Positions 13,198 to 27,564 are shown, counted from the stretch's first letter. The stretch is DNA of 64,000 nucleotides from Octopus sinensis (GCF_006345805.1 NC_043010.1:22692001-22756000), one strand, 5' to 3'. Notes: generated from the sequence alone by a model not told the origin. A program made the numbers and translations.

Positions 13198-13211
13198 ATA
13201 TATATGGTCAG

Positions 13212-13370
13212 GCGTGGTGGTCAGGAGATAAGAAGCTTGCTTCCCAACCACATAGTTCTGGGTTCAATCCCACTGCGTGTCACCTCGGGCAAGTATTTTC
13301 TACTACAACCTCGGGCCGGCCAAAGCCGTGTGAGTGGATGTGGTAGGCGGAAACAAAGAAGCCCGTCGTT

Positions 13371-13411
<41 letters not shown>

Positions 13412-13590
13412 CTTTGTGTCTGTCCTCCAGTATCGATTGACAACCGGTGTTGGTGTGTTTGAGTCCCTGCAAAAGAGAATGATAGGATATTTACTAGGCT
13501 CTAGAAATCCGTACCGGGGGTGGATTTATCAGACTAAAAATACTTCAAGACGGTACTCCAGCTTGGCCACAATATAATGACTGAAACAAG
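13212..13590 (+). mobile_element. SINE family B, tandem neighbour of the 12735 copy
   Basis: Same head (GTGGTGGTCAGGAGATAAGAAGCTTGCTTCCCAACCACATAG...GGTTCAATCCCACTGCG) and same tail. Confidence 0.8.
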
Positions 13591-13677
13591 TGAACGATAG
13601 AACATACAGGAATGATTCCGTTCTAAACGAGCCACTGTTTTCTCGCTATGACCCTTCCAAACGCTACATCAACGTCC

Positions 13678-13870
13678 GTGGAGACATAATGGCCCAGTGG
13701 TTAGAGCAGCGGACTCGCAGTCGTAAGAACACGGTTTCGATTCCCAGATCGGGCATTGTGAGTGTTTATTGAGCAAAAACACCCAAGTTCACGAGGCTCC
13801 GGCGGGGTGGGGGAAGGGTAAACCCCGCTGTACACTTTCACCACAACTTTCCCCCACTGTTTCTTCCTAC
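13678..13870 (+). mobile_element. SINE family A, 5' part
   Basis: TGGCCCAGTGGTTAGAGCAGCGGACTCGCAGTCG...GGTTTCGATTCCCAGA...GTGAGTGTTTATTGAGC, matching the 1680 copy. Confidence 0.85.
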
Positions 13871-15685
13871 TTCTGTCACAAAGCAGAGGAACCATGGTGT
13901 AACCCACTATGGTGTGGTAAACTTTCAGACCCTAGTCTAGATCGCGAATCCTCTGTACCCCAGGATGGTTCAGCTCTCCACCCGTTAAAAGCCACCGTTT
14001 ACGGAATGAAGAAAACAACGTAGCTTTCGCGCTCGTGCAACCGCCAGTCTATCGCGTGTGGTGGGTGGATCTTCAAGTTGCCACACGCATTCTTAGTAGC
14101 TTAGAGTAGGCTCGAATTAGAGATTATTCTTTGTGGCTAATGGCGTGAGTCCTGATTGGAAGAAGAAAGGAAGAAGAAGAAGAAGAAGAAGAAGAAGAAG
14201 AAGAAGAAGAAGAAGACTCTTCTCTTGAATAGGTACCCTCAAGAAAACCCAGTGGCTAGCGTGGGCATGACATGAGTCTTGAAGTGGGTTTTGATCGCCT
14301 TGTGCGCTAACTAAATTGGCCATACCCTTCCTTAAACGTGACAAACCTTCGGCAAAGGCTTGCTGGACCCTCAAGTCTTCGGTAAGACATTGAGAAAAAA
14401 AACTTTCTTTGCCCAGGTTGTTGTTGTTTTTATTTAACCTCCCTACGTGCACCAATGTACAAATATTTATACAGAACATCAAACTGCATCAATCTCTCAC
14501 CTGTCTTGAAAGGATCTGTAAAAGCTATAAATGGACATTCCTCACACCACCTCACCACCATCACTACCAGTTTATAACGACAACAACAACAACAACAAAG
14601 CCACCACCACCACCACCACCGACAACAACAACAGCGTTATATTGAAATTATATAGCACATAATTTGAATAAAGATTATTGAAGCTACACATTGAAAACCA
14701 GAATTATAGAATTTTATTATAGAAATACAGCAAGAAGGAGAAGGAGGAGGCGAAGGAGGGGAGGAGGAGGAGGAGAAGGAGAAGAAGAAGAAGAAGAAGA
14801 AGAAGAAGAAGAAGAAGAAGAAGAAGAAAGAAGTGGATCATTAGAACAGCAGTTTTTACTATCATTTCTGCTGACGAAACTGGTTCTAAATATTGCATGG
14901 AATGAAATATTGATCATAGCACAGCATTATCGTTATTCTTTTTCTCTTTCCGTTTAATAATAATGATGATGATGATGATGATGATGGCCATTATTATTGT
15001 TGCTGTTTGGTTGTAACAGATTTCAGTCGGTTTGTTTTATGGCCTTTTTCACATCTTTCCGCGTCCCCCATCATCAACATCATCATCATCATCATCGTGA
15101 GTGTCGTCTCGTCGTCGTCGTCGTCATTGCTGTTGTTATTCTTGTTATTGATCACATTGTTTGGGTTTTTTCTTTTTTTGTTGTTTTGTTTTTGCAGTTG
15201 TTCTATTTATTTTGTTGTTGTTCTTTGTAAATGGCCAACTATTGCGATTGTGAATCACCAATCGTTTTGTTTCTATTATTACTTCAGTATGAAGGGCGGT
15301 GACGGAGTATTGAGAAAATCGGTAGAGAATCGGGCGAAATGCTTCCCCCCCCCTTCCCCCCCTTCCCCCCTCTTTTATTGTATTTTTTCTTGCACTTCGT
15401 TCTTGTAGTATTGTACTTTTCATCATTTCCAGGGTCGATATAAAAACAAAAAGCACTTGTGAAGATCTTGGGTAGATTTGATATCGACTAAAACCTACCC
15501 GTAACTCACCCGTAAGTGTATGAACTTGTACTTTTGTTAGAAACGGTTACCAGTGCATGTGAAGACAATCGGATGCGTGGGGATGGTGGAAAGAGATGGA
15601 ATAGTTGCAGAGAACAAAATATATTCCGTCAATTCGTTATGAAAATATGGCGACCAGCGGGCAGAATCGTCGACGCATCGGACGA

Positions 15686-15968
15686 AATGCTCCTTTTGCC
15701 GAGCCGCTAAGCTGCAGGGGATGGAAACATACCAACACCGGTTGTCAAGCGGTGGTGGGAGACAGTCACAGACACAAAGACTCGCACCCACATATACCCA
15801 TACGACAGGCTTCTTTACAGTTTCCGTCGATCAAATCTACTCACAAGGTTTTGGTCGGCCCAAGGCTATAGTAGAAATAACTTGCCCAAGATTCCATGCT
15901 GTGGGACTGAACTTGAAACCATGTGGTTAGAAGGCAAGCTTCTTACCACACAGCCACGCCTACGCCTA
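15686..15968 (-). mobile_element. SINE family B, head-to-head with the 16052 copy
   Basis: GCCGAGCCGCTAAG...CAGGCTTCTTTACAGTTTCCG...CTTACCACACAGCCACGCCT. Confidence 0.75.
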
Positions 15969-16051
15969 TAGACATTTTCATACATATGGACAATTACATA
16001 CGCAAGCACATGTATGTATGAGCACATACATATACACACATCCATGCGCAT

Positions 16052-16425
16052 GTGGGTGTGGCTGTGTGGTAAGTAATTTTCTTCCTAACCAAATGGTTCC
16101 AGGTTCAGTCCCGGAGCAAGTATCTTCTGGTAGAACCCCGGGACGACCAAAGGCTTGTGAGTGGATTTGGTAGAAGGAAACTGAAAGAAGTCTATCATCG
16201 ACATATGTGTGCATGTCTTTGAGTTTGACCCCCTCGCCACTACCACCACCATCCTTTGACAAACGGTGTTGACTTTTGTACGTTTCCGTAACCTAGTGGT
16301 TCGATAAAAGACAATGATAGAATAAGTTCCAAACTTTAAATATATAATGAAGCTGATTTTTTCGACTAAGATCCTACAAGGCGGTGTCCCAGCATGGCCG
16401 CAGTCCAATAACTGAAACGAATATA
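16052..16425 (+). mobile_element. SINE family B
   Basis: GTGGCTGTGTGGTAAG...GGTTCAGTCCC...GGAAACTGAAAGAAG...GCATGGCCGCAGTCC. Confidence 0.75.
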
Positions 16426-17965
16426 AGATAAATACATAATACATACGTATATATACATAATGTGTTGTTTCCAGGAGTTGGTTCCAAAATGTTACATCCT
16501 GTCCATGGGGTTAGGAGTGGAACAATGAAAGCCATAGTACCACGTGACATTCTTTCTTTCTTTCTTTTTTGCTAGTTGATTCTGAATAATGGCAAAATGA
16601 TACACAAGATGGCGAGTTACTAAAACGTGAAATAGAGTGCCTTGTGGTATTCGTCCCGCCTCTCTGTGCTCTAAGTTCAATATGCGCCGAGGTCAATTCA
16701 GCATTTCATCTCTTTCAGTGGGTAGATCAATGAAATATGGTATCGATCCGTTATTGGGTTCAATTCTTCTTCTTCTTCTTCTTCTCTTCTTCTTCTTCTT
16801 CTTCTTCTTCTTCTTCTTCTTCTTCTTCTTCTTCTTCTTCTTCTTCTTCTTCTTCTTCTTCTTCTTCTTCTCCTCCTTATTTTACATCTCCTCGTCCTTC
16901 TCAAAGAAATCGGTTCTCTTCCGGATTGTACAAGGATAGGCTCCACCCTGTCTAATATACCCAAGGAACATTGTAATTCCCATGGCGACCTAAGTCTCCG
17001 TCAGAAATGGAGGGGCCAAATAAGAAATAATGGAACACCTTAACAGAATAATTCGTGAAAAAACAATGAAAGAATTTGTACCACGTGACATCAATTTTCT
17101 GGCTGCTTCATTAGAAGACTGAATACCTCATCCTGACAGAGAGGTTAGATGTGGAACAATGAATGCATTGGTGCCACGCCAATATCCACAAAGCAGTTTA
17201 TAGACGTTTCTTTTTCAGAAGAAAGTTAACACAGACACGCATGCGTGCACACACACACACACACACACAATTATATATCCTTTGATCATATTTATCTGAA
17301 AAAAAGTATTGAGGTTGATTCATTCGACTAGAAGTTCTTCAAAATGGTGACCCGGCATAGCCACGGTCTAGACACTGGAACAAGTAAAAGATTATACACA
17401 CTCACACACATACACACACACGCATGCATACACGCATGCGCGGCTCCTTGGGCTAATTGATTTTCGTATATTGGTTGGAAAGGGATGGTGAAGGGGAGCG
17501 GTGAGTGTGTTTGCTCGTCAGCATGAATTTGTTTATTTGTGAGTTTGTGTATGTGTGTATTTCTATATATATGTGTATCATCAGACAGACAGACACACAG
17601 ATAGATACATAGATATGTTTCTTTATTAGCCACGTAGGGCAGCACACAGACGGGACAGATTACAAAGCAGAGCTTTTCTTTTGGGGGAGAAAAAAAGTGG
17701 GGAAGGTTTTCAATCAAAAGGGATCGTAAAGTGAAAAAAAGAATAAACAAAAAGACAAAAACAAAAAAAAACGATCAATAGGGATCGTGTATCACAGAAA
17801 TGTCATGATGTAAAGTGTAAAGGGGAAGCAGATAAGGTTTATCCGTGGAAAGAAAATCCTACAGAAAAGACCACGGTAACCTCGGTCAATAATATCACAT
17901 GTTGACACATTTGTTTGCAAGTAACCTTCTGTTTTAAATTTTTCCGGGTTCATAGGATCATGCTC

Positions 17966-18042
<77 letters not shown>

Positions 18043-18382
18043 GTGTGTGTGTGTGTGTGTGTGTGTGTTAATATTTCGCTCAGGCATAGTAATACTAATA
18101 ACCTGGTATTAGAACTAAATGTACTATACTTCTGCTCAAAGCCGATTTTGCCGAGTTTAAAGTAGTAATAAGGAATTAAATAAATGACAAAATATTAAAC
18201 AATTATATCATAAAACTTATTGGCTTACATATGTTTTTGCTATTAGGTGCAATACCCCCACAAAACACACAGATTTGAGTGAATCTCTCTGCCATTGAAG
18301 ACGACGTACAAATGCTCAGTTTTTCCTGAGCGTTCTGCACAAAGGATCTGTTTGTAGCGACCAAATGTATGTGCTGTACGTA

Positions 18383-18782
18383 TTCTTTTCTACTGTAGGA
18401 ACATGGCCCGAAATTTTTAGGGAGTGGAGAAGCCAGTCGATTAGATTGAACCAAGTACGCAACTGGTACTTAATTTATCAACTCCGAAAGGATGAAAGGC
18501 AAAGTCGACCTCAGTGGAATTTGAACTCAGAACGTAACAGTAGACAAAATACCTATTTCTTTACTACTCACAAGGGGCTAAACACAGAGGACAAACAAGG
18601 ACAGACAAACGGATTAAGTCGATTACATCGACCCCAGTGCGTAACTGGTACTTATTTAATCGACCCCGAAAAGATGAAAGGCAAAGTCGACCTCGGAGGA
18701 ATTTGAACTCAGAACGTAAGAGTAAACGAAATACCGCTACGCTTTCGCCTGGCGTGCTAACGTTTCTGCCAGTTCGCCGCCA
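18383..18782 (-). mobile_element. Two adjacent SINE family C copies
   Basis: The core GGATGAAAGGCAAAGTCGACCTC..GAATTTGAACTCAGAACGT occurs twice (about 18490 and 18675). The head CTGCCAGTTCGCCGCC ends at 18782. Confidence 0.8.
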
Positions 18783-19104
18783 TGAGGATGTAATATATTA
18801 TCTCATTCTTTCCGTCAAATCGACGTTGCCTTTATAGGTGCGCAGTGTGTCACCCGTCAGATGTCGAAATGATCTTAGAGTGACGTGGGATGAAGTGCCT
18901 TGCTCAAGAACACAATGCAGCATCCGGTCTGGGGATTGAAAACACAATCGAGCTATCGTGAGTGCAAAACCCAAAGCACTACGCCATGCGCATTCACATA
19001 GACACAGACACACACACACACACACACACAAACACTCACTTGCACGTGTGCACATATATATACACATAATCATATATACTACATACGCATGCGCACACAT
19101 ATGA

Positions 19105-19178
<74 letters not shown>

Positions 19179-19568
19179 TATATATATGGGCGATGGTCTA
19201 GCATGGCCGCAGTCAAATAACTGAAACAAGTAAAAGAATACACACAATCCAAAGTACTTATATATGTGTGTGTATGTGTGTATCTTTGTATATACATTAC
19301 ACACACGCAGTCATATATAGTTATGTATTTATATAGATATATACACAATCAAACATATGTACTTTTATATATATATATATATAATATATATATATATACA
19401 TATACAATATACATATGCGTATACACACACATACACGCACATATACGTACGTACCCGTTATACATATTCAACACAATATGCATATATGTATGAACGTATG
19501 TATGTTTGTAAAGCTCTATGCATATGTATATGTTTGTGTATGTGCGTGTGTATACATATGTGTGTGCA

Positions 19569-19608
<40 letters not shown>

Positions 19609-20453
19609 CGTGTTGTCCCAGTTGCTGGCATTTTTGCTGGGAGATGCTTATTAAGTAGTTTTGTGTGTTAGCCACGGATGATTGATTTTATATGTAAATA
19701 ATATTATTAATATTAATACTAACAATAACAACAATTGCTATTACGTGTTTGTATATGTTTTTGTATTGATTTTTATGTTGTTCTCTTTTATACGTATTTT
19801 TATAGTATTTTTTGTTCTGTTTTGTTTTTGACCGAGACATTTTGTCGCCTAATCTGGTTTCCCAAACAGTTCCAGATTAGCCACAATTATATCTATGTTG
19901 TCTCACTTGAATGTAAGCATGCTCTTGGGGCATTCCAGTAGAGCATGTTCTTGGTCATGTTACTCTTGTTATGGTTGTTGTTGTTGTTGTTAGTAATAGT
20001 GTTACTGGTGGTGGTGTTGATGGTGGTGGTAGTGGTGGTGTTATTGTAGCTGTTTAATCCCCCGGTCTACCTTTTATCCTGTCTGATCCTGCAGATATAA
20101 TAACTGTAATAGTAATTATAATAATAATAATAATGATGATAATAATAATAATAATAGTAATTATAATAATAATAGTAATAATAATAATAATAATAATAAC
20201 AATAGTAGTAATAATAATAATAATTACAATTATTACTATTGATGCTGTTGTTATAGTTATTGCTATTATAGAAATAGTAATAAGATAAACATAAATATTG
20301 ATATATATTCATATATATGTGTGTGTATCTATCTTCCTATCTACTTCTCCCTCTTCCTCTCTATGTATGTATGTATTTATGTATGTATGTATATAGTATG
20401 TATGTATATGTATGTATGTATGTATATATGTATGTATGTTACATGCATGTATG

Positions 20454-20487
<34 letters not shown>

Positions 20488-20890
20488 GAATATATATTAA
20501 TATATTATTTATATATATTTATATATATAAATATATATATATTATATATGCATAAACACACACACACACACACTCTTGTATGGATGTATAATATATAAAT
20601 ATATATATTGTGTGTATGTGTGTGTGTGTGCATCATACCGAACATTCCCGTGGTGGCCATCTTGTTTTTGCTTTGGTTCTCAAATATGCCGTGTAATTCT
20701 GTCTACATTATTTGATATATCCCTCTTGATATATATTTTTAGACAGTAGTTTGTGATACATTTCTGGCAACCCGGCCGACTATGTAGAAGGGATCACACA
20801 GTTTCATTTCGTGGCATTGCACTGTGACCATAACCGTTCTTTCGTGATCATCTGTTATTTATTTTCAATGTTGCTACATATGAAACATCT

Positions 20891-21094
20891 GTATCGTATT
20901 ATGCAGACAAGAAAGTAACATTACCGACGCAGCATCGCCGTGAAAACAGCAAAAAAAAAAAGGGGGGTATTAATACCCCTTCAAGACGGAAAACAGTTAT
21001 CCGGTCTTGCAAGGGTATTATACCCAATTTTTCTGCTGTTCTCACGGCAATATTGCGTTCGAAATGTTATTTCTTGTCTTGTATAACACAATAC
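20891..21094. mobile_element. Foldback/MITE-like imperfect palindrome (~200 bp)
   Basis: Arms GCCGTGAAAACAGC / GCTGTTCTCACGGC, GGGTATTAATACCC / GGGTATTATACCC and TCAAGACGG / CCGGTCTTG around an 11-nt loop. Complementarity continues outward (AGACAAGAAA / TTTCTTGTCT). Confidence 0.6.
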
Positions 21095-21151
21095 ACATCA
21101 GACGCTTCTAAAAAACAAAAATAATAAAGAAACAAGTATAAGTTTGTTTAC

Positions 21152-21391
21152 TCTTTACTCTTTTACTTGGTTCAGTCATGTGACTGTGGCCATGGTGGAG
21201 CACCGCCTTTAGTCGAGCAAATCGACCCCAGGATTTATTGTTTGTAAGCCAAGTACTTATTCTATCGGTCTCTTTTGCCGAACCACTAAGTTACGGGGAC
21301 GTAAACACACCAGCATCGGTTGTGAAGCGGTTGTTGGGGGACAAGCACAGACACATAAAATATATACACACACATACATACATATATATAA

Positions 21392-21455
<64 letters not shown>

Positions 21456-21590
21456 CACATACATATATACGACGGGCTTCTTTCAGTTTCCGTCTACCAA
21501 ATCACAAAGCAAGCTGTCACGCAATGGGACGGAACCCGGAACCATGAGGTTGGTAAGCAAGCTACTTACCACACAGCCACTCCTGCACCT
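21152..21590 (-). mobile_element. SINE family B, near full length
   Basis: CTCTTTTACTTGGTTCAGTCATGTGACTGTGGCCATG ... GGTAAGCAAGCTACTTACCACACAGCCACTCCTGCACC. Confidence 0.85.
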
Positions 21591-22047
21591 ATGTCAGTTT
21601 GGTTATATATATGTTGTTGCATCGGTAACTACTTTATATTTTCGTTCTTGTTTTTGTTGTTGTTGATTTTGTTCGAAAGGAATGAATGAGTTGATTTGAG
21701 GGAGATGTATGTTTCTACTTTTAGATAGTCGACATTTTAGACAATCACTAGCTCAACCAAATCTAGTTGCAATTACAGTAATCCCTCAACTATCGCAGGT
21801 GTTGCGTTCTAAAACCTCCCACTGGAATAAGTAAAATCTGGGAAAAAAATAATAAATGAATACCTATCGGCTGCAGAAACCCACGATCCACTAAGGAGTC
21901 CGCGATATAAATTTACATATATTAGCCAGAAAAATCCGCGATGTACTGAGTGCGCGATAGGTGAACTGCGATATAGCGAGGGATTATTGTATATACATTT
22001 TCTCTTTCTCCCATTCTTTCCCTCTCTCATTCACTCTCTCTCTCTCT

Positions 22048-22096
<49 letters not shown>

Positions 22097-23245
22097 AACA
22101 CACACACACACACACCTAGGCTACTTGTTGTGTTGGGGCCTTACTGTAGAGTCGCATGCAGTGACTGATATTAGGGGAGATAAATCATAGTGTTGTCTGT
22201 GCTAACAGTATTTCTTTTAGAATATACTGATTTGATCCCACACGAGACACACTTGGTGTGTATGTATATGTTTGTGTATGCGTGTGTATCAATCAGTATC
22301 TGTCTTCCTCTCTGTCTCTTTCTCCCTCTCCCTCTCTCTCCCTCTTCCATTCTCTCTCTACATACACATATACATGTATAGGCGACCAGTTCCAATGCAA
22401 TCTGTCACGTGGGGGCTTTAAGCGGCATTTGAACATTCATAACAAACGAGCGCAAAATGGGAGTCAAATCTGTTGTGAATGTGATCCGCTCTTCAAACAT
22501 CTTTCAGGACATAAAAAAACAAAAGGATCATTTAAGATTTCAAGCGAATAAAGAAGAATTACAGGTACAAGAAATGGTCAAGCACTTCAAGAAGCAAATA
22601 CACACGGACACACATACACACACACACACACACAGAGCGCGCGCGCACATACACATACACATATGGACGCATACAGACACACATACACATGCGCGCGCAC
22701 GCACACATGCACTCATTCTCGCACGCACACACGGACACACGCACACACGGACACACATACGTGTACATGCAATTTTGATTGAGTGTATATGGCTTTAAGT
22801 AGTGAAATTCAGATCTCATCTTGGCACCACCATCAAGAAACTAAGAGTTATGATGGTGACCACTGAAGCCTAAGAATAGAATATTGCAAATCGTAAGAAT
22901 AAAACAACTACTCTTATTAAAAATGAAAACTTCGCGTCAAAAACAGATTCGCGTTGTGCGAAGCTAATTAGAGGATACATTAATAACAACAAACTGCCAA
23001 CACCGTTCCTAAACATTGTTGGTGGTCAAACTCAGACTCGGATTTCCCTTGAAAAGGGTAGAAGCCGAAATATATATTTTTATAAGCATATAGAGGAAAA
23101 TGTAAAACTTTTCTGTTTTTTCGTCTTTTATTTTGTCAATGTTACTTCCAGCATATATTGTGGCGACATTCTACGACATACACTCGCATATACATACATA
23201 CATACATACATAAATACATACATACATACATATATACATATATAC

Positions 23246-23279
<34 letters not shown>

Positions 23280-23312
23280 GCACATATATATATATATATA
23301 TATATATACACG

Positions 23313-23347
<35 letters not shown>

Positions 23348-23709
23348 TCACACACACATTGATATACATGTAAGTAACACAGGCCATATATACGTAAATA
23401 ATATCCATATGCAAATACATATATATAAATAAGTATGCATGTGTGTGTGTGTGTGTGTGTGTGTATACACTCACACATATACATATATATCTGTCGGGCG
23501 TCATACTGGCGACTTTTATTATTCTGTCTAATTCTTTCGTTCATACACGAACACATACAAACAAACATACAAACATACACAGAGATGATCTATGCATACG
23601 ATACGATTCTGAATATATTTGTTCTCTATCTCTATACGTATGAGTATGTGTGTTTGAATGTAGGGTTAGATATACGGATGGATGGTGAGTTACACAGACC
23701 GATAATTAA

Positions 23710-23761
<52 letters not shown>

Positions 23762-23921
23762 GCAATCATATCTATCATATCTACGTATGTACAAATATTC
23801 AATAAGCTTACACTATAACACACAAACACAAACCACGACATTTATATTTCTTTCTGTAAGCTACACGTAAAGGATTCGCACATGCGTACTTACTTCACTG
23901 TTCGAACACTTACACAAACAC

Positions 23922-23954
<33 letters not shown>

Positions 23955-23984
23955 TATCTATCTATCTATCATCTATATATATAT

Positions 23985-24026
<42 letters not shown>

Positions 24027-24121
24027 TATGTGTGCATCACACGCACACACACACACACACGCACACACACAGATATAAATATATATATGTATTAATGTGT
24101 TTGTGTTGTGTGTGTTTGGTT

Positions 24122-24161
<40 letters not shown>

Positions 24162-24735
24162 GCGGTTGTGATGTACAAAAATAAATTGTCTAAACAGATT
24201 GGCTTGACCTCTCCTCGTAGTTGCTTGGTAGCAAGTTGTAGTGAGTGAAACCAATTCTGATTCGCCTGGATTTCAGCCAAACAGAATCCTTCACAGCCAA
24301 ACATCGAATATTACAGATCAATTGTGTGTGTTCATCTTTATATGTGTATGTGTGTGTGTGTGTGGTGTGTGTGTGGGTGTGTGTGAGAGATAGGCGATGG
24401 ACTGGATGTATGTATTTATGTCCGTGTTAAGGATGTGTCTAAGTATCGGTGGAAGTGTATATCTCTGCGCTTATGTTAACATGCATATCTGTACGCACGT
24501 ATGTATGCATGTTTGTAAGAAGACATGCGCGCGCACGCACATACACACACACACACACATACACATATGGGTGTGTATGTGTATGTGTGCATGCGTATGC
24601 GTGTTTGTATGTGCTGTCGTACATGTGTGTTGACGTAGTATCGCTTGTTTCTCGATACGCGTGCAAATCTTGCTCCAGCATGGCTGCTGTTCAATGGCTG
24701 AAACAAGTAAAAGACAAACGATTAAAGTATACATT

Positions 24736-24797
<62 letters not shown>

Positions 24798-25392
24798 ATA
24801 TATGCATGCACAAATACACACGCGCACGGATATATGTTTATATACATGCACACACACACACACACAACACACACATATATATGCATATATATATATATAT
24901 TTATATATACATACATGCATATATATATATATATATACAGACACACGCATAGATATGCATGTATGCACACTCACAGATGCAACAACCGCACACATGTATA
25001 TATATATATATATATATATGGATAGCTGCATGTATATAAGTATGTATCAAACCAATACTATCCATGTAGGAAAACTAGTGAATGCCTCCCAGACTAAGTA
25101 CTAAATCTATAACATTAATTATTAAATATAAAATGTAAATGATCTCCAATTCATTATAAAAATGCTAATTTGATAGCTGTTTAGTCACTGGATAATTCAA
25201 CAAATGGCTAATAATTCTGTTGTTAGGCAGGCGCATGTTTCGCGTATCTATAAGGTTCATTGTTCATTTGTAAGCGACTAATCCCACCTGTTGAGACACA
25301 AAATACATTAAATGTAGTGGAATAAAAGCAGAAAACTTTTTACCTTTTCCCTAAATGTCATTTTTTTAATAGTGTGTTAGTAGTATGCGTCG

Positions 25393-25492
25393 NNNNNNNN
25401 NNNNNNNNNNNNNNNNNNNNNNNNNNNNNNNNNNNNNNNNNNNNNNNNNNNNNNNNNNNNNNNNNNNNNNNNNNNNNNNNNNNNNNNNNNNN
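25393..25492. other. Assembly gap (100 N)
   Basis: A run of exactly 100 N, typical of a gap of unknown size. Confidence 0.99.
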
Positions 25493-25538
25493 TATATCTT
25501 GTATATATATGTATATATATGTATATATATAATGTATA

Positions 25539-25582
<44 letters not shown>

Positions 25583-26194
25583 TTATATATATAAGATGTA
25601 TATATATATATATATGTATCTCCTCTCTCTCTCTCTCTATCTAGCTATCTATCTATCTATATATTATAAAGTTAATGACCTACTGTCTTTTGCTTTCATT
25701 TCAATTACATTGGCAATTACGTGAAATGACTCTATCATATTTCATGGTGTTGGAGTTGTACAGCAGAAATGCAGTCCCACATGTAAATTAGTGAAATATT
25801 GACGATCAAATTACCAAGTAAATTTACTAAAATGTATGTTTGTTGGCATTGAGAAAAAGAAAAAAGAAACGGAACAACTCTGAAAGGTCAAATTATTTTC
25901 CGTCTTTTTTTACGAGACACCATCTGTATGGTAATTAGGACGTTACGTAGATGAAAGGTTTGTTTATAGTTTAAACATTAAAAAGCTGGAATTTTAATGT
26001 TCGGAATAATATTATAAACTGAAATGAAGATCAGATATGAGGGTAAAAGGAAAATACCATTAGTTTCATGACTAGCATTGTTATTTTTTCTTTAAATTGC
26101 GATTATATGTGCGCGTAGGTGGAGGAGGAGATAACTGTATCAATGATAGTTTCCTTTCTGAATTGTGATGTATGTGTGCAAGGATGGAAGGTGG

Positions 26195-26672
26195 AGACAA
26201 CTGCGCCAATGTTCTATCTGTCATGTTTTGTCTACTGGAAAAACTGTCAACCACCTGTCTTCAGGATTCTTTCTTCTGCATTGCTCTTGGCAGGTCGCAT
26301 TTCAGTAGACCAGTGTCTTCTTCACCCAGTTCGTCAATAAATGTCCTCGGATGTTTTCTGTGCAGTGGTTCCCGCATATGCATTTCATTCAATAATTTTG
26401 TCCTTGCTATGAAATCAGCATCCACAGAATCTCAGGCTTTATTCCTTTGTGATGGAGGTAACTCTTGGGAGATTACCATCAAGAACCTTGTTTGTTATAT
26501 GTGAGACTGTCATTTGAAGTTAAGTCCTGCTCTCAGCATTCTTATGTATGTTTCATTGAGTTTTCTTTCCTCTTTCCACTGCCTTAGTCAGATTCTGTGT
26601 AGCATAACAGCATAATTTCTATTGATGTGTGCAAGAAGCTTATCTAAGGAGTTGCCTTCCAAATGGTGTCTA
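26195..26672 (-). mobile_element. Degenerate RTE-type LINE 3' coding remnant, interrupted by the mariner-derived element
   Basis: The minus strand translates, with stops, to RNYAVMLHRI*..WKEERKLNETY...PLHRKHPRTFIDELGEEDTGLLKCDLPRAMQKKES*RQVV, resembling RTE C-termini (GRP.KT.ID.L..DTGL...DL..AM..R..WR). Confidence 0.55.
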
Positions 26673-26676
26673 AATA

Positions 26677-27564
26677 CAGGGTGTCCCAAAAGTCACTGAT
26701 GGATTTCAATTTTTAATAACTTCCTTAACTTTACAAAGAAATTCATGAAATTTTGGTACAATATAAAGGACATAATGGAAATTAATATGTACAAGTCAAA
26801 TTATGCAACACCACTACATCACAAATGAAAAATGACATCGCTGAAATAGCAACTGTTTTCGGATTCACATGCCACGGCTCTTTCCAAAATTTGCACCACA
26901 ACACCCTATTTCAGACCCCACTTCTCTGATTTCTCTATTGATGTTCTCCTTCAGTTGCACCAGGGTTTCCAGTTTGTTGACGTAAACTCTCTCTTTCAGG
27001 AACTCCCACAAGAAAACAATCAGGGCTAGTCAAGTTTGTGGAACATGAAAGCCCTTTAAATTAGACCCCATGCATGGTTCCAGCAAGATGAGGAAATTGC
27101 TCATACGGCAAGAGAAACAATGCAGTTGTTACGGAAGTGCTTTGGAGAGAATAATCTCCTGTTACGGCAATGTCAACTGGCCTTTACGTTCCCCAGACTT
27201 AACTAGCTCGGATTTTTTCTTGTGAGGGATACCTGCCTAAGAGAGAGGGTTTATGTCAACAAACCAGAGACCCTGGTGCAACTGAAGGAGAACATCAATA
27301 GAGAAACCAGAGAAGTGAGATCTGAAACTCTTGAGGGTGTTATGGTGCAAATTTTGGAAAGAGCACGGGCATGCAAAGCTGAAAATGACTGCCATTTAAG
27401 TGATGTAATTTTTCATAAGTGATGTAGTGGTGTTGCATAGTTTGACTTGTGCATATTAATTTCCATTATGTCTTTTATATTGTATCAAAATTTCATGCAT
27501 TTATTTGTAAGGTTAAGGAAGTTATTAAAAATAGAAACCCATCAGTGACTTTTGGGACACCCTG
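26677..27564. mobile_element. Palindromic non-autonomous Tc1/mariner (DD41D rosa/VS-like) element with TA target-site duplication
   Basis: TA|CAGGGTGTCCCAAAAGTCACTG ... CAGTGACTTTTGGGACACCCTG|TA. The arms stay complementary for ~370 bp. The right arm encodes WFQQDEEIAHTARETMQLLRKCFGE/IISCYGNVNWPLRSPDLTSSDFFL*GY/KERVYVNKPETLVQLKENI. D-to-D spacing is 41 if a 2-nt deletion at GAGAGA is restored. Confidence 0.9.
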
